Shown here piece by piece: positions 33,773 to 43,489 of a DNA stretch of 48,289 bases. The notes under the pieces were generated by a model. The model was not told where the DNA came from, searched no databases, and worked only from the letters and a program-made list of their open reading frames with translations. A program made the position numbers and the translations under genes. How positions within the stretch are numbered: the first letter of the stretch is position 1; each line of letters opens with the position of its first letter. Source of the DNA: a virus (Duplodnaviria > Caudoviricetes); IMG/VR virus record IMGVR_UViG_3300036791_000329, positions 1 through 48,289 of that record, one strand, 5' to 3'.

Positions 33773-36583
33773 ATGGCAAAGCTTCCTGATGCCAATGATA
33801 TTGGCCGCCGTGCTCCACAAATTTCGGGCGGGGTAGCAAGCGCAGATACAGGTGCTGTTGCTCGCGCCATGCAGGGACTTGGTCAGGCTGTAGCAAGCAC
33901 TGCCGGTGCAATTGGCGAGAAGCAAGACCGTTTCAACTATGCTGAGGCTCAGTCTGATTTCTTAAAGAAAAAACTAGAAATTATGTCTTCCTTTGACGGG
34001 GATAATGATTATTCAACTTTTGGTGATCGGTACAACGAAAAGATAAAGCAGGCCAGACAAGAATCCGCCAACTTACTAAGAAACAATGATGACCGACACC
34101 TTTTCGAAATAGAAACAAATAACGACATATCGAGAGGACTAGACCAGATTCGCGGTCTGGCCCGCAACAAAGAAGTAGACCATGGGATTGCGACCCTTAA
34201 CTCAACAATTGAGTCAAATCGCAATGCGGCTTTAAATGCCCCGGATGAATCAACCAGGCAGGCATTCCTGAAAGCAACTAGTGATGCTGTGCAGGGGGCA
34301 TTTGATCGGGGATACATTAATGAGCAAACCCTGGTTAATACCCGACAGAAAGCAGCAATTGATTACGCAACATCTTCGATTGGAATGATGAAGCCAGAGC
34401 AGCAAATATCGGCTTTGCGAGATAGTTCAGGAATGGCTTCGATACTTCCCCCTGACACACGCAAGAAGATGATGGATGCCGCAGCAGTGGAAGTCGTAGG
34501 TAACAGAATCAATGATGCCCAGATGCGCCTCATGAATCCTGGCGGTATCTCAGGATATACAGTTGGACCAATCCCAGAAGAGGATTTGTTCGCTGCGGTG
34601 GTCGGACAAGAAAGCGGCGGACGTCAGTTTGGAAATGATGGTAAGCCATTAACATCATCAGCAGGTGCGATTGGCGTTGCTCAGGTTATGCCTGGCACTG
34701 CCCCCGAAGCAGCCAAATTAGCAGGTATGCCATGGGATGAGCAGCGTTACAAGAATGATACCTCTTACAATCACGCTTTAGGTAAAGCCTACCTGAATCA
34801 ACAACTGAAAAAATATAACGGTAACCCTGTCCTTGCCCTGGCTGCATATAACGCCGGGCCGGGAAAAGTTGATGAGTGGATTAACCAGATTGGCGACCCA
34901 CGAAAAGGTGAGATAACGAATGAGGGGTTTGCAAACTCTATCCCGTACGGAGAGACGCAAAATTACGTTGCCAGTGTGATGAGCAATGCAGCAAAAGTTA
35001 ACGTCACCAAGAACGTTATTGAGTCTCCAGAATTTGGAATGCTGGACGCCCAGCAGAAAGCACGGGTAGTAGAGCAAACATACAACGTTATTGATACGGC
35101 AGCCTCAGCTCAGAGATTTAATCAGCAGCAGAGAATGCAGGATGATGTTGCACGCATTGATGCTGGTCAGGTAGTGGAAAACCCGGTTAGCCCATTGGAA
35201 TACATGGCTGCTATGCCGTTAAATTCTACGCCTGCTCAGCGGACGGATGCTGCGCAGAAATATGACCAGTATCGACAGATCCTTGCGCTACAACCCGCAT
35301 ACCAGGCAATCATATCCAGCCCCGCTGATGTTGGTGTAAATACCGTTAATGCCCTACGCCCACAGGCCGGTGATTCAGATTTCGAATTCAAGCAGAAACG
35401 ATATTCGATGGCCGCCCAGAAGCTTCAGCAAACACTTACTGCTAGGGAGAAAGACCCTGGTGGATGGATGGTGCAAAACGACCCGCAGGTACAGTCTGTC
35501 TATCAGCAATACCAACAGGACCCATCGCAGGGTGCTCAGTTAGCTCACCAGATAGAAATGCAAAAGCAAAGGCTTGGCATTAAGAGCAAAGATGTCTTAC
35601 CTGAGTCACTAGCGGATAATCTGTTGCAGCAAATAAATACGAATCAGGAGCAGGATGTAGCTGCAATTCAGGGGATAGGCCAGCAATTCGGACAGTACGC
35701 ACCGCTGGTAATGCAGCAGGTACAGAAGAAGGCTGGACCTGTACTGCAGGTTGTCATGGCGACAAGCAACCCACGAGCGGCAAATGCTCTATGGCAGAAC
35801 CGAGACGTGAAAACATCAGAGCTAAAGGACGCGGTCAATACCGCCTCTTCAGGAGCTTCGGACAGCGCTGACAGCGAATGGGCGTCGCAGTCGAAAGACT
35901 TTGCCGGGACTATGGTGGTTCAACCTGGAGGTATTCCTATCTGGAACAACTTCAATGACCAGGGGCGCAGGCTTACATACCTGAATATGCAAAAAGGAAT
36001 GAGCGCGAGTGATGCGGCGGCACAGGCTTATCAAGATGTTCTGGGAAGTCAGTACCAAACCAAAGATACATGGCGCTTACCTGTAGCTTCGAATGTTGAT
36101 ATCAAAGACGTATCTGACGGTGTAAGCCGGTACATGGAAACCATGAAGCCAGAGGACATCACTCCGTTGCTTGGTGATCCGCGATTAAGTGTCGAGACTA
36201 ACCGCAAGCAAAGTCTGGATCGTATTAAGGATAATGGTGAATGGGTTACGAATGCAGATGAGACAGGTCTGATGTTAACACTGAATGGACTTGTCGTTAG
36301 CGATGCCTCCGGAAACCCTGTGCAGGTTCCGTTCAACCAGTTGGCTCAACTTGGTTCCACTAACCGATCTTACTTCAATAGCCTTTCAAAGGACGCGTCA
36401 AAAATTCGCACCTATGTTCCTGGACAAGCGGCGAGAGAATCCAAGGAAAGAAATGAAAATATGGCTCAGCAACTTGGAAATCTGGGAAATCAAAATGCGC
36501 CTTCAATGGCAGAAGGAATGAGGAGCACTAATGCCGATTTATACCAACGAGCCGGGTCGGGGGATAAACCAGCCAATCAGTAA
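33773..36583 (+). CDS. ejection protein with SLT lytic transglycosylase domain
   Basis: QESGG, GAIGVAQVMPGTA, ALAAYNAGPG, ETQNYV. Confidence 0.88.
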   Translation: MAKLPDANDIGRRAPQISGGVASADTGAVARAMQGLGQAVASTAGAIGEKQDRFNYAEAQSDFLKKKLEIMSSFDGDNDYSTFGDRYNEKIKQARQESANLLRNNDDRHLFEIETNNDISRGLDQIRGLARNKEVDHGIATLNSTIESNRNAALNAPDESTRQAFLKATSDAVQGAFDRGYINEQTLVNTRQKAAIDYATSSIGMMKPEQQISALRDSSGMASILPPDTRKKMMDAAAVEVVGNRINDAQMRLMNPGGISGYTVGPIPEEDLFAAVVGQESGGRQFGNDGKPLTSSAGAIGVAQVMPGTAPEAAKLAGMPWDEQRYKNDTSYNHALGKAYLNQQLKKYNGNPVLALAAYNAGPGKVDEWINQIGDPRKGEITNEGFANSIPYGETQNYVASVMSNAAKVNVTKNVIESPEFGMLDAQQKARVVEQTYNVIDTAASAQRFNQQQRMQDDVARIDAGQVVENPVSPLEYMAAMPLNSTPAQRTDAAQKYDQYRQILALQPAYQAIISSPADVGVNTVNALRPQAGDSDFEFKQKRYSMAAQKLQQTLTAREKDPGGWMVQNDPQVQSVYQQYQQDPSQGAQLAHQIEMQKQRLGIKSKDVLPESLADNLLQQINTNQEQDVAAIQGIGQQFGQYAPLVMQQVQKKAGPVLQVVMATSNPRAANALWQNRDVKTSELKDAVNTASSGASDSADSEWASQSKDFAGTMVVQPGGIPIWNNFNDQGRRLTYLNMQKGMSASDAAAQAYQDVLGSQYQTKDTWRLPVASNVDIKDVSDGVSRYMETMKPEDITPLLGDPRLSVETNRKQSLDRIKDNGEWVTNADETGLMLTLNGLVVSDASGNPVQVPFNQLAQLGSTNRSYFNSLSKDASKIRTYVPGQAARESKERNENMAQQLGNLGNQNAPSMAEGMRSTNADLYQRAGSGDKPANQ

Positions 36584-38153
36584 CGTCCCATCTGGGCTTG
36601 GTGAGTCTCTGGGGGCTTCATTTCAGGAGGGGTTCCGAGAGGGACCCCTTATTTCATCCATGCGAATGTCAGAGGCAGATAAGCTTGCCAATGACCCAAC
36701 ATCAGAGATGGTCAGTAAGTCAGAGGCAGATGCAGTTCTAAAGCAACTTGGCGTTAAAAGTATCCTTGTCCCTGAGTCTGGCGTAACCCGCGCGTATCTT
36801 GACCATGTGACAGAATCGAAGAAAGAGTCACTCGCGAAACAACAGATCTCCACCGCAGCACCATCTGGATTAATTAATACCCCTCTAAACTTTGCTGCTG
36901 GCCTGGCTGGCTCCATGGCTGATCCTGCAAATCTTGCCATTGGCCTGATACCTTTCGCTGGTGAAGTAAGGGCTGGTAGCCTTTTACGACGTGCAGGACA
37001 ACGGTTTGTTCAGGGGGCTGAGATGGGAGGGCTGCAAACAGCTGTAACAATCCCGTTTACGGCAGGCGCGGCAGCCGCTGAGGGTGATGATTACACCATG
37101 GCTGATGCGATGGGGAACATATTTCTAAGCTCAATAGGTGGAGGACTGCTGCATGCCGGAGGTGGAGCAATATCGGATGCTATTAGAGGGAGAAAATTAT
37201 CAACAGTAATACCTCCGGAAAACCTGAAGGAGTCAATTCCACCTCAGCAACCAGGGCCAGAATTTGTTAACCCCCTAACGACACAGTCTGTTGCTCATGA
37301 CATTGATAACTACGTTTACGGTAAAGCCTACGACGATGTTGTTCCTGATTATAGAGCCTCACTACAAGCGATAATTGACAGCCCTGCCGATGTGGTTGGT
37401 GAGGTGTCCGCAATTAGCACAGATCCCGCACCTACGAGAAACATAGTAGAAAGTGAACCTTCCTCACCACAGAGAGAGGGCCGAACAACAGATGGGCAAA
37501 ATGCAGCCACTGAAAGCGGTGCATCGCAACAACCCGCTCCTGAGTTACAAAGGGCGACAGACTCTTCTGCTCAGCCTGCAGTCATGACGAGAGAATCGGC
37601 AGCAGTTGAGATTGAAGCACTTAATCGCGGTGAGATTCCACAGTCTGTGAAGGTGGCAATAAGTCGTAGGGCGGAGGAATTAAAGCAGGGATTTAATCTT
37701 AATCAGATAACAAGCGGAATTCAGAACGCTGCGCAAAAAATTAACTCATCACATTGGTCTGTTCGAGAAAATGCTTTCCGTGCTGGCATATCCCATATGC
37801 TGCAGGGGAAGCCTCTGGACGTTGAGCCAGTATTTGGGATGGCAGACCCACAACTACGCGATGTTTCATTCAGGCAGATTCAGAATGGCCCTCGCGTAGA
37901 CATTGAAAGCTCAACTGTGAATGCCAGTCATGACGCAGATGTGCAATTAAGCCGAGCAGAAAGAGATAATTCAGACCTTACTTCGGCAAAAGAGGATCTG
38001 GATGCAGAACTTGAATTAGCCAGAAATATGGTTGATGAGGCTGATTCGCCTGAGTTGCGCTCTTCGCTGGAAAGTATCACTCAAGAAGCTAACGACGACA
38101 GTATCCTGAAAGGACTGCAGGCATACGCGACCTGTATGCTCCGGAGAATTTAA
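36531..38153 (+). CDS. internal virion (ejection) protein
   Basis: GAGGAG RBS; Gly/Ala-rich hydrophobic stretches; position. Confidence 0.7.
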   Translation: MPIYTNEPGRGINQPISNVPSGLGESLGASFQEGFREGPLISSMRMSEADKLANDPTSEMVSKSEADAVLKQLGVKSILVPESGVTRAYLDHVTESKKESLAKQQISTAAPSGLINTPLNFAAGLAGSMADPANLAIGLIPFAGEVRAGSLLRRAGQRFVQGAEMGGLQTAVTIPFTAGAAAAEGDDYTMADAMGNIFLSSIGGGLLHAGGGAISDAIRGRKLSTVIPPENLKESIPPQQPGPEFVNPLTTQSVAHDIDNYVYGKAYDDVVPDYRASLQAIIDSPADVVGEVSAISTDPAPTRNIVESEPSSPQREGRTTDGQNAATESGASQQPAPELQRATDSSAQPAVMTRESAAVEIEALNRGEIPQSVKVAISRRAEELKQGFNLNQITSGIQNAAQKINSSHWSVRENAFRAGISHMLQGKPLDVEPVFGMADPQLRDVSFRQIQNGPRVDIESSTVNASHDADVQLSRAERDNSDLTSAKEDLDAELELARNMVDEADSPELRSSLESITQEANDDSILKGLQAYATCMLRRI

Positions 38154-40693
38154 TGGCTAACAAATTTCTTACACAGTGCGAGCAGGTAGTAAACAAGGCC
38201 GCAGGGCGTGAGCTTTCTGAGCAGGAGATGGAATCTCTTGTTACTGATATGGAAACAACCGTTAAGCGTATTCGCGCTGAGAATGAAGGCATCTCTCTTG
38301 AAGAAGCCGCCATGAAAGCGGCTGATGAATTGGGTAATGCTGAGCAACTAGCCCGGGTTATCGAGACGCGAAACAAGGCGCTCAACACGCGTATAGCTGC
38401 GCAAAGGATTTCATTCATTCGAGATAGTTTCCCTGATCGTCCAGATATTGGCATATCCGCGATACTTGTTGGCCGCAATGAAGCCAGAACTGGCAGTCGT
38501 TCTTCTGTTTCCTCTGAGCAGTTTCAACTACGTTCAAAGTATCTTTCTGGATTAAATCACGATCTGGATAAAGAGGGTCTTGTTAAGTTCCTGGCAAGTG
38601 GCAGTAATGATGCTGAAGTAGCTGATGCCCTCTGGAAAATAGGTAAAGGCGAACCAACGGCTGAGTTAACGAAAGAGGCCGTACGCATTGCTGAGATCGT
38701 CAATAAGTGGCAGGAGGCATCACGGATGGATGCCAACAAAGCAGGAGCATGGATACGTAAAATGCCAGGCTACATTGCTCGTCAGGGTCACGACATGATG
38801 AAAATTCGCGCCGCTGGATACGATGCCTGGCGAAACTCAATACTGCCAAAACTAGACCCTTTGACTTTTGATGGAGTAGCTAACCAGGAAGATTTTTTGC
38901 GCAATGTTTATGACGGACTGTCTTCCGGGGTTCATCTGTCATCTGAGAAACCAGACTGGATGAAAGGTTTCCAGGGAAGCCAGAACGTAGCTAAACGAGC
39001 AAGTCAGGAGCGCGTGCTTCATTTTAAAGACGGCGTTTCGTGGCATGACTATAACAAGCAGTTTGGGGTTGGTAGTCTGCGAGAAGCAATTTTTGGTGGA
39101 CTTGAAAGCTCAGCCAGAAATACAGGGCTAATGCGCATCCTCGGCACAAACCCGGAAAATATGGTCAATTATCTTGCCGACACCATATCTGCAGATTTGA
39201 AAGGTAATGAAAAAGCACTTCGGGCATTTACTGATAAGCGCCGCAGCACTATCAAAAACGAGATGAAAGAGGTTACAGGCCAAACCAATATCCCCGGTTC
39301 AACTTCACTGGCTCGATTCGGTTCTACGACGCGAGCTATAGACTCAATGATTAAACTTGGTGGGGCCACCATCTCATCTTTTAACGACCTCGCCAGCAAC
39401 GCCCTTGAGCTTCGTTATCAGGGAAAGAACTTCATGCAGGCACTTACAGAGTCAATCCAGGGAAGATTAAAGCGTTATAGCGAACCAGAGCAAAAGGAAA
39501 TACTTAGCTCACTTGGTGTATATGCTGACTCTATGCGAGATGAAATTCTTCAACGTTTTTCTGGAGATGTAACCCTGCCAGGAAAGGTATCACGCCTCCA
39601 GCGTCAGTTTTTCAAACTTAACGGCCTGAACTGGTGGACAGATGCTTCTCGTAATACTACTGCAACTATGATCTCCCACTGGCTTGCTAACAATTCTGAA
39701 TCAGCTTACGGATCGCTTGATAGCAACCTGAAGCGGGCGCTTGACCTTCACGCTATTGGTGAGCCGGAATGGAGCATCTACCGCAATATGAATTTGAAGG
39801 GGTCGGAAGGTCGTAAGTTTATGACTCCTGATGGTATCGATTCGATCCCTGATGAAGCCATCTCTAAGTACGTTTCGGATAAAAATGTCAAAGTCACCGA
39901 CCGCAGTTTGCAGAATGCGAGGGAAGAGCTAAGTGATAAGTTGCGAGGCTATATACTAGACCGGGTGATGGTTGCAATGACTGAACCGGGTTCGCGCACC
40001 AGGGCCATGATGAAGCAAGGGACGAATCCAGGGACAGTGGAAGGGGAATTGCTTAGGTTTATCGGGCAATACAAATCATTTACGGCCTCATTCATGCAGC
40101 AGGCTCTGGGAAGGGAAGTGTTCGGGCGAGGATATACCCCAGCGAAATTAGGCGAGAGTAAGTGGGGAAGTATTCAGAACGCGCTGTTTAAAAGCGGAAA
40201 AGGTGAGATGGTTGGACTGGCTCAAATGTTTCTGTGGATGACTGTATTTGGTTATATGTCAATGCAGACGAAATTGATGCTTAAAGGACAGACACCGCGG
40301 CCACCAACAGCAAAAACATTTCTTGCTGCAGCTGCGCAGGGTGGAGGTCTTGGCATATTTGGTGATTTCCTGTTTGGTGAGGCCAACAGATTTGGAAACG
40401 GACCCATCACGTCCTTGGCTGGCCCGGTAGCTGGAAATCTTGACGATATTGTCACCCTTTACCAGAAATCAGTTCGTGGCGATGCAAAGGCAGGCGATGC
40501 ATTCAGGTTCACTGTTGACCATACACCGTTCATAAACCTGTTCTGGGCAAGGCCAATAATGAATTATCTGTTTCTTAACCAGTTACAGGAATCAATGTCT
40601 CCAGGTTCACTTCACAGATACGAGCAGAATATAAGGAAGAATCAGGGGAATAACTTTTTGATCCCTCCATCCGAAATGATGCTTGGTCGTTAA
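38153..40693 (+). CDS. large internal virion (ejection) protein
   Basis: GT..GELLRF..QYKSF and GGGLGIFGDFL motifs as in epsilon15/BPP-1-like phages. Confidence 0.75.
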   Translation: MANKFLTQCEQVVNKAAGRELSEQEMESLVTDMETTVKRIRAENEGISLEEAAMKAADELGNAEQLARVIETRNKALNTRIAAQRISFIRDSFPDRPDIGISAILVGRNEARTGSRSSVSSEQFQLRSKYLSGLNHDLDKEGLVKFLASGSNDAEVADALWKIGKGEPTAELTKEAVRIAEIVNKWQEASRMDANKAGAWIRKMPGYIARQGHDMMKIRAAGYDAWRNSILPKLDPLTFDGVANQEDFLRNVYDGLSSGVHLSSEKPDWMKGFQGSQNVAKRASQERVLHFKDGVSWHDYNKQFGVGSLREAIFGGLESSARNTGLMRILGTNPENMVNYLADTISADLKGNEKALRAFTDKRRSTIKNEMKEVTGQTNIPGSTSLARFGSTTRAIDSMIKLGGATISSFNDLASNALELRYQGKNFMQALTESIQGRLKRYSEPEQKEILSSLGVYADSMRDEILQRFSGDVTLPGKVSRLQRQFFKLNGLNWWTDASRNTTATMISHWLANNSESAYGSLDSNLKRALDLHAIGEPEWSIYRNMNLKGSEGRKFMTPDGIDSIPDEAISKYVSDKNVKVTDRSLQNAREELSDKLRGYILDRVMVAMTEPGSRTRAMMKQGTNPGTVEGELLRFIGQYKSFTASFMQQALGREVFGRGYTPAKLGESKWGSIQNALFKSGKGEMVGLAQMFLWMTVFGYMSMQTKLMLKGQTPRPPTAKTFLAAAAQGGGLGIFGDFLFGEANRFGNGPITSLAGPVAGNLDDIVTLYQKSVRGDAKAGDAFRFTVDHTPFINLFWARPIMNYLFLNQLQESMSPGSLHRYEQNIRKNQGNNFLIPPSEMMLGR

Positions 40694-40884
40694 AGATTTC
40701 TGCCTGTAATTTTCTCAACTAGCCACACAAATCCGACCATTGAATAGTACGCCCATGCGAATGTGGCAACTAAGACCGGGCCAACGGCCAGCCCCCAAAA
40801 GCCCATAAATGGACAGCAAATAATAGAGATAGCGATGGCTATCCCACAGGTCATCTCTATATCACTTCTTTGCATATTAGCCAT
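40690..40884 (-). CDS. small antisense two-TM protein
   Basis: AAGGG before MANMQRS; two hydrophobic segments; fills the gap between ejection gene and tailspike. Confidence 0.5.
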   Translation of the reverse strand: MANMQRSDIEMTCGIAIAISIICCPFMGFWGLAVGPVLVATFAWAYYSMVGFVWLVEKITGRNL

Positions 40885-40946
40885 TAAAAACCCTTGTATG
40901 CCGCAGGTTATTCCTGTGGTGCTTTCGTTCGTCTGGAGAAAAATAA

Positions 40947-43457
40947 ATGCCAGCAACATCTACTGACCGCCTGTATGGATTAACCACCAGCGTGGCAGTA
41001 AAGCCACCTGTTCAAATATCAGCTGATTATAATGTAATTACATTCGGCGAACAGACTATAACATCAACCACTTTCACTGGAACGAGAACAGTAACAACAA
41101 CCAAAGGAATGCGCGTACTTCTCACCGGACAATCAAATCCAATTGATAATGGAATATGGGAGGCAATGCCTGCTACATGGAAACGTGCGCCAGATTTTGA
41201 TGGTGCGAGGGATTCCGTTAATGGCACGCTTGTATTTTCTGTTTATGGTGATTGCTGGCAGGTTGAGGCGGCAGACCCTGTGAGAATTGGATATGATCCA
41301 ATACAATTTCGCTCGACATACCCATTTTCAGACACTGCAAATTTATACCAAAGAACACTACGCGTACCTGAATCATACATCGATGAGCTACCTGAACTGG
41401 CACTACGGGTAAATAAACAATTGGGTTTCGATGCATCAGGAAACCCAGCGCTTCTTGACCCCGCTGACACGGGAAGTCTTGGTTATATCCTTGTTGATTC
41501 GTTTGAAGATGGGGCGCTTATCACCTCCAGGTATCAAGCGTTACATTACATCTCAGAAGGTGAGTATTACCGCTGGGATGGTCCGTTACCAAAATCTGTT
41601 CCGATTAACTCTACACCTCTGTCATCAGGTGGTATTGGTCAAAGCGCGTGGGTAAGTGTGGGTGATGCATCCACACGGAAATGGGTAACAGAAAACTTTG
41701 AACGCTCAACTTATTATCGAGAGCAGGGTGGCGACTTCCTTTCTGGAATCACAGTAATCAGCCCATTCCAGATTGTTTACTATCCAACAGATGGTCACTG
41801 GTACAGATACCTGGTTGCTATTCCATCAGGTGGGCTCATCGTCCCTCCAGACAGTTCTCCTGACGGTAACTGGGAGAACGTTGATACTCAGCAAGTCATC
41901 AGCCTGCGGAAACTCAATGAGCTGTCTACATCGAGCATTGCTGGCTATGTTGGCGTAAATATCGACATGCCTGTGTCTGTGAAGGATGCTGATAATCAGG
42001 GGGCCAAGGTAGGTAATGGCGTTAGCATCTCAGGGGATGGCTCATCACAGACTTCAATATCCACTACCAAGCTTCAAACTGCATTACGATTGGATGGGGA
42101 TGATATTACTATTGTGAATGTAAATGGATCTGGTAATGCAGATAATACCAATACTTCAACTTCAGAATTTATCAGCTCTAGAATGGCTGGAGAAGTGGAT
42201 GGCCGTAACCTAAAAAGACTTACTGTGCGCGGGGCTAACATTAATGGGTTTACAACAGGCATCGCATTAACCGCCATCAACGGCGCAATCATCCAAGATG
42301 TCAGGGCCAGAAATATGCGTTACTCGCCAACAGGTCTGAATAGCGCAGGGGGATACCTTATAGTATGTGGAGGAAATGCTAAACACATTATCACAAACAA
42401 TATCCAGCATACTTTGGTTGAGCAGGCTGACCGTCATACTTTGTACATCTCTGCCGCGTCAGGCGACACGCCGGGATGGAGTTACTGGAATATATCTAAC
42501 GTTGATAGTGACTACAGCGCGAACAGTGTTAATAACAAAGGTGCAAACGGCGTACCATTCGCGATGTCACCTATTCACATAAGAAATGGGAAAAATCTAA
42601 ACCTTGTTAATCATATGGTAGAGGGTTACATGTGCTCGGCATTTGATTTTGAGAATCAATTTGGGAGCATAAACAACACAAATATCTCTAATATTGTTGC
42701 AACTGAATCCCAGAGCTTCCAAAATGGAACATTGACCGATCAGGGCGTTCTAAGAGTTGGTTATGACCAGTATAGTAGCATTAATCAGCACCATAACTTT
42801 AATAATTTTATTGTTAAAATGATAAGGGGTACCGATAACTCAGGAGTTAAAATGGCTGTAGGTTCTGATAATGGAGTTTGGGCAGCTAAGTTACAGTTTG
42901 CAAACTTCGTTAATGGGCAAATAACAACTGAGTCAGGCAATGCATTCAAGTTATATAATTCTAGCTATGTTAACATCGATAACATAATTGATAGACAAAT
43001 CGACACCACTTCAAGTGCTAATGCTATTTTCTTAAGCAATTGCTCTAATATAACAATTGGCAGTAACATTCAAAGCAACAGGACGGTAAGCAGCACTAAA
43101 GAGAGGGTCTATACCATTGATACCGCTAGCACAGAAATAACATGCCGATTCCCAAGACGTGTGGTTTTAAGAGTTACCTCTGGCGCGGTTACAATTGTAG
43201 AGGATCGATGGGATATGCTCTCTGGAGTGCCTGCCATAAGCGGATCAAATATTTTGGTTCCATTAAAAAACCATGTTTCGACGAATTCAAAACGTACCGC
43301 AACTGTTGAAAACCTTACCGCAGCAAATGTTAAAGCTGTAAGGATAGATGATGCTGATGCTGTAACCTTGCGCTTTGGTTTGTGGGATACGAGCACTAAT
43401 GCATCCGCTCCAGCATCAACTGCATCTAACACCGTTGCTATAAACTTCACCAGCTAA
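40947..43457 (+). CDS. tailspike / receptor-binding protein
   Basis: N-terminal attachment region, YYRWDG.LPK.VP..STP..SGG....W module, Asn/Ile/Gly-rich beta-helix-like body. Confidence 0.85.
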   Translation: MPATSTDRLYGLTTSVAVKPPVQISADYNVITFGEQTITSTTFTGTRTVTTTKGMRVLLTGQSNPIDNGIWEAMPATWKRAPDFDGARDSVNGTLVFSVYGDCWQVEAADPVRIGYDPIQFRSTYPFSDTANLYQRTLRVPESYIDELPELALRVNKQLGFDASGNPALLDPADTGSLGYILVDSFEDGALITSRYQALHYISEGEYYRWDGPLPKSVPINSTPLSSGGIGQSAWVSVGDASTRKWVTENFERSTYYREQGGDFLSGITVISPFQIVYYPTDGHWYRYLVAIPSGGLIVPPDSSPDGNWENVDTQQVISLRKLNELSTSSIAGYVGVNIDMPVSVKDADNQGAKVGNGVSISGDGSSQTSISTTKLQTALRLDGDDITIVNVNGSGNADNTNTSTSEFISSRMAGEVDGRNLKRLTVRGANINGFTTGIALTAINGAIIQDVRARNMRYSPTGLNSAGGYLIVCGGNAKHIITNNIQHTLVEQADRHTLYISAASGDTPGWSYWNISNVDSDYSANSVNNKGANGVPFAMSPIHIRNGKNLNLVNHMVEGYMCSAFDFENQFGSINNTNISNIVATESQSFQNGTLTDQGVLRVGYDQYSSINQHHNFNNFIVKMIRGTDNSGVKMAVGSDNGVWAAKLQFANFVNGQITTESGNAFKLYNSSYVNIDNIIDRQIDTTSSANAIFLSNCSNITIGSNIQSNRTVSSTKERVYTIDTASTEITCRFPRRVVLRVTSGAVTIVEDRWDMLSGVPAISGSNILVPLKNHVSTNSKRTATVENLTAANVKAVRIDDADAVTLRFGLWDTSTNASAPASTASNTVAINFTS

Positions 43458-43464
43458 AATCATG

Positions 43465-43487
43465 AAGGTGCCCGCAAGGGCACCAAA
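43465..43487. terminator. hairpin between convergent tailspike and acyltransferase
   Basis: GGTGCCC-GCAA-GGGCACC. Confidence 0.7.
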
Positions 43488-43489
43488 TC

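Noticed and set aside
23240-43450. many antisense and nested ORFs in the structural module
   Set aside because: They are shadows of long coherent plus-strand genes without RBS or motifs; only 40690-40884 lies in a true gap.
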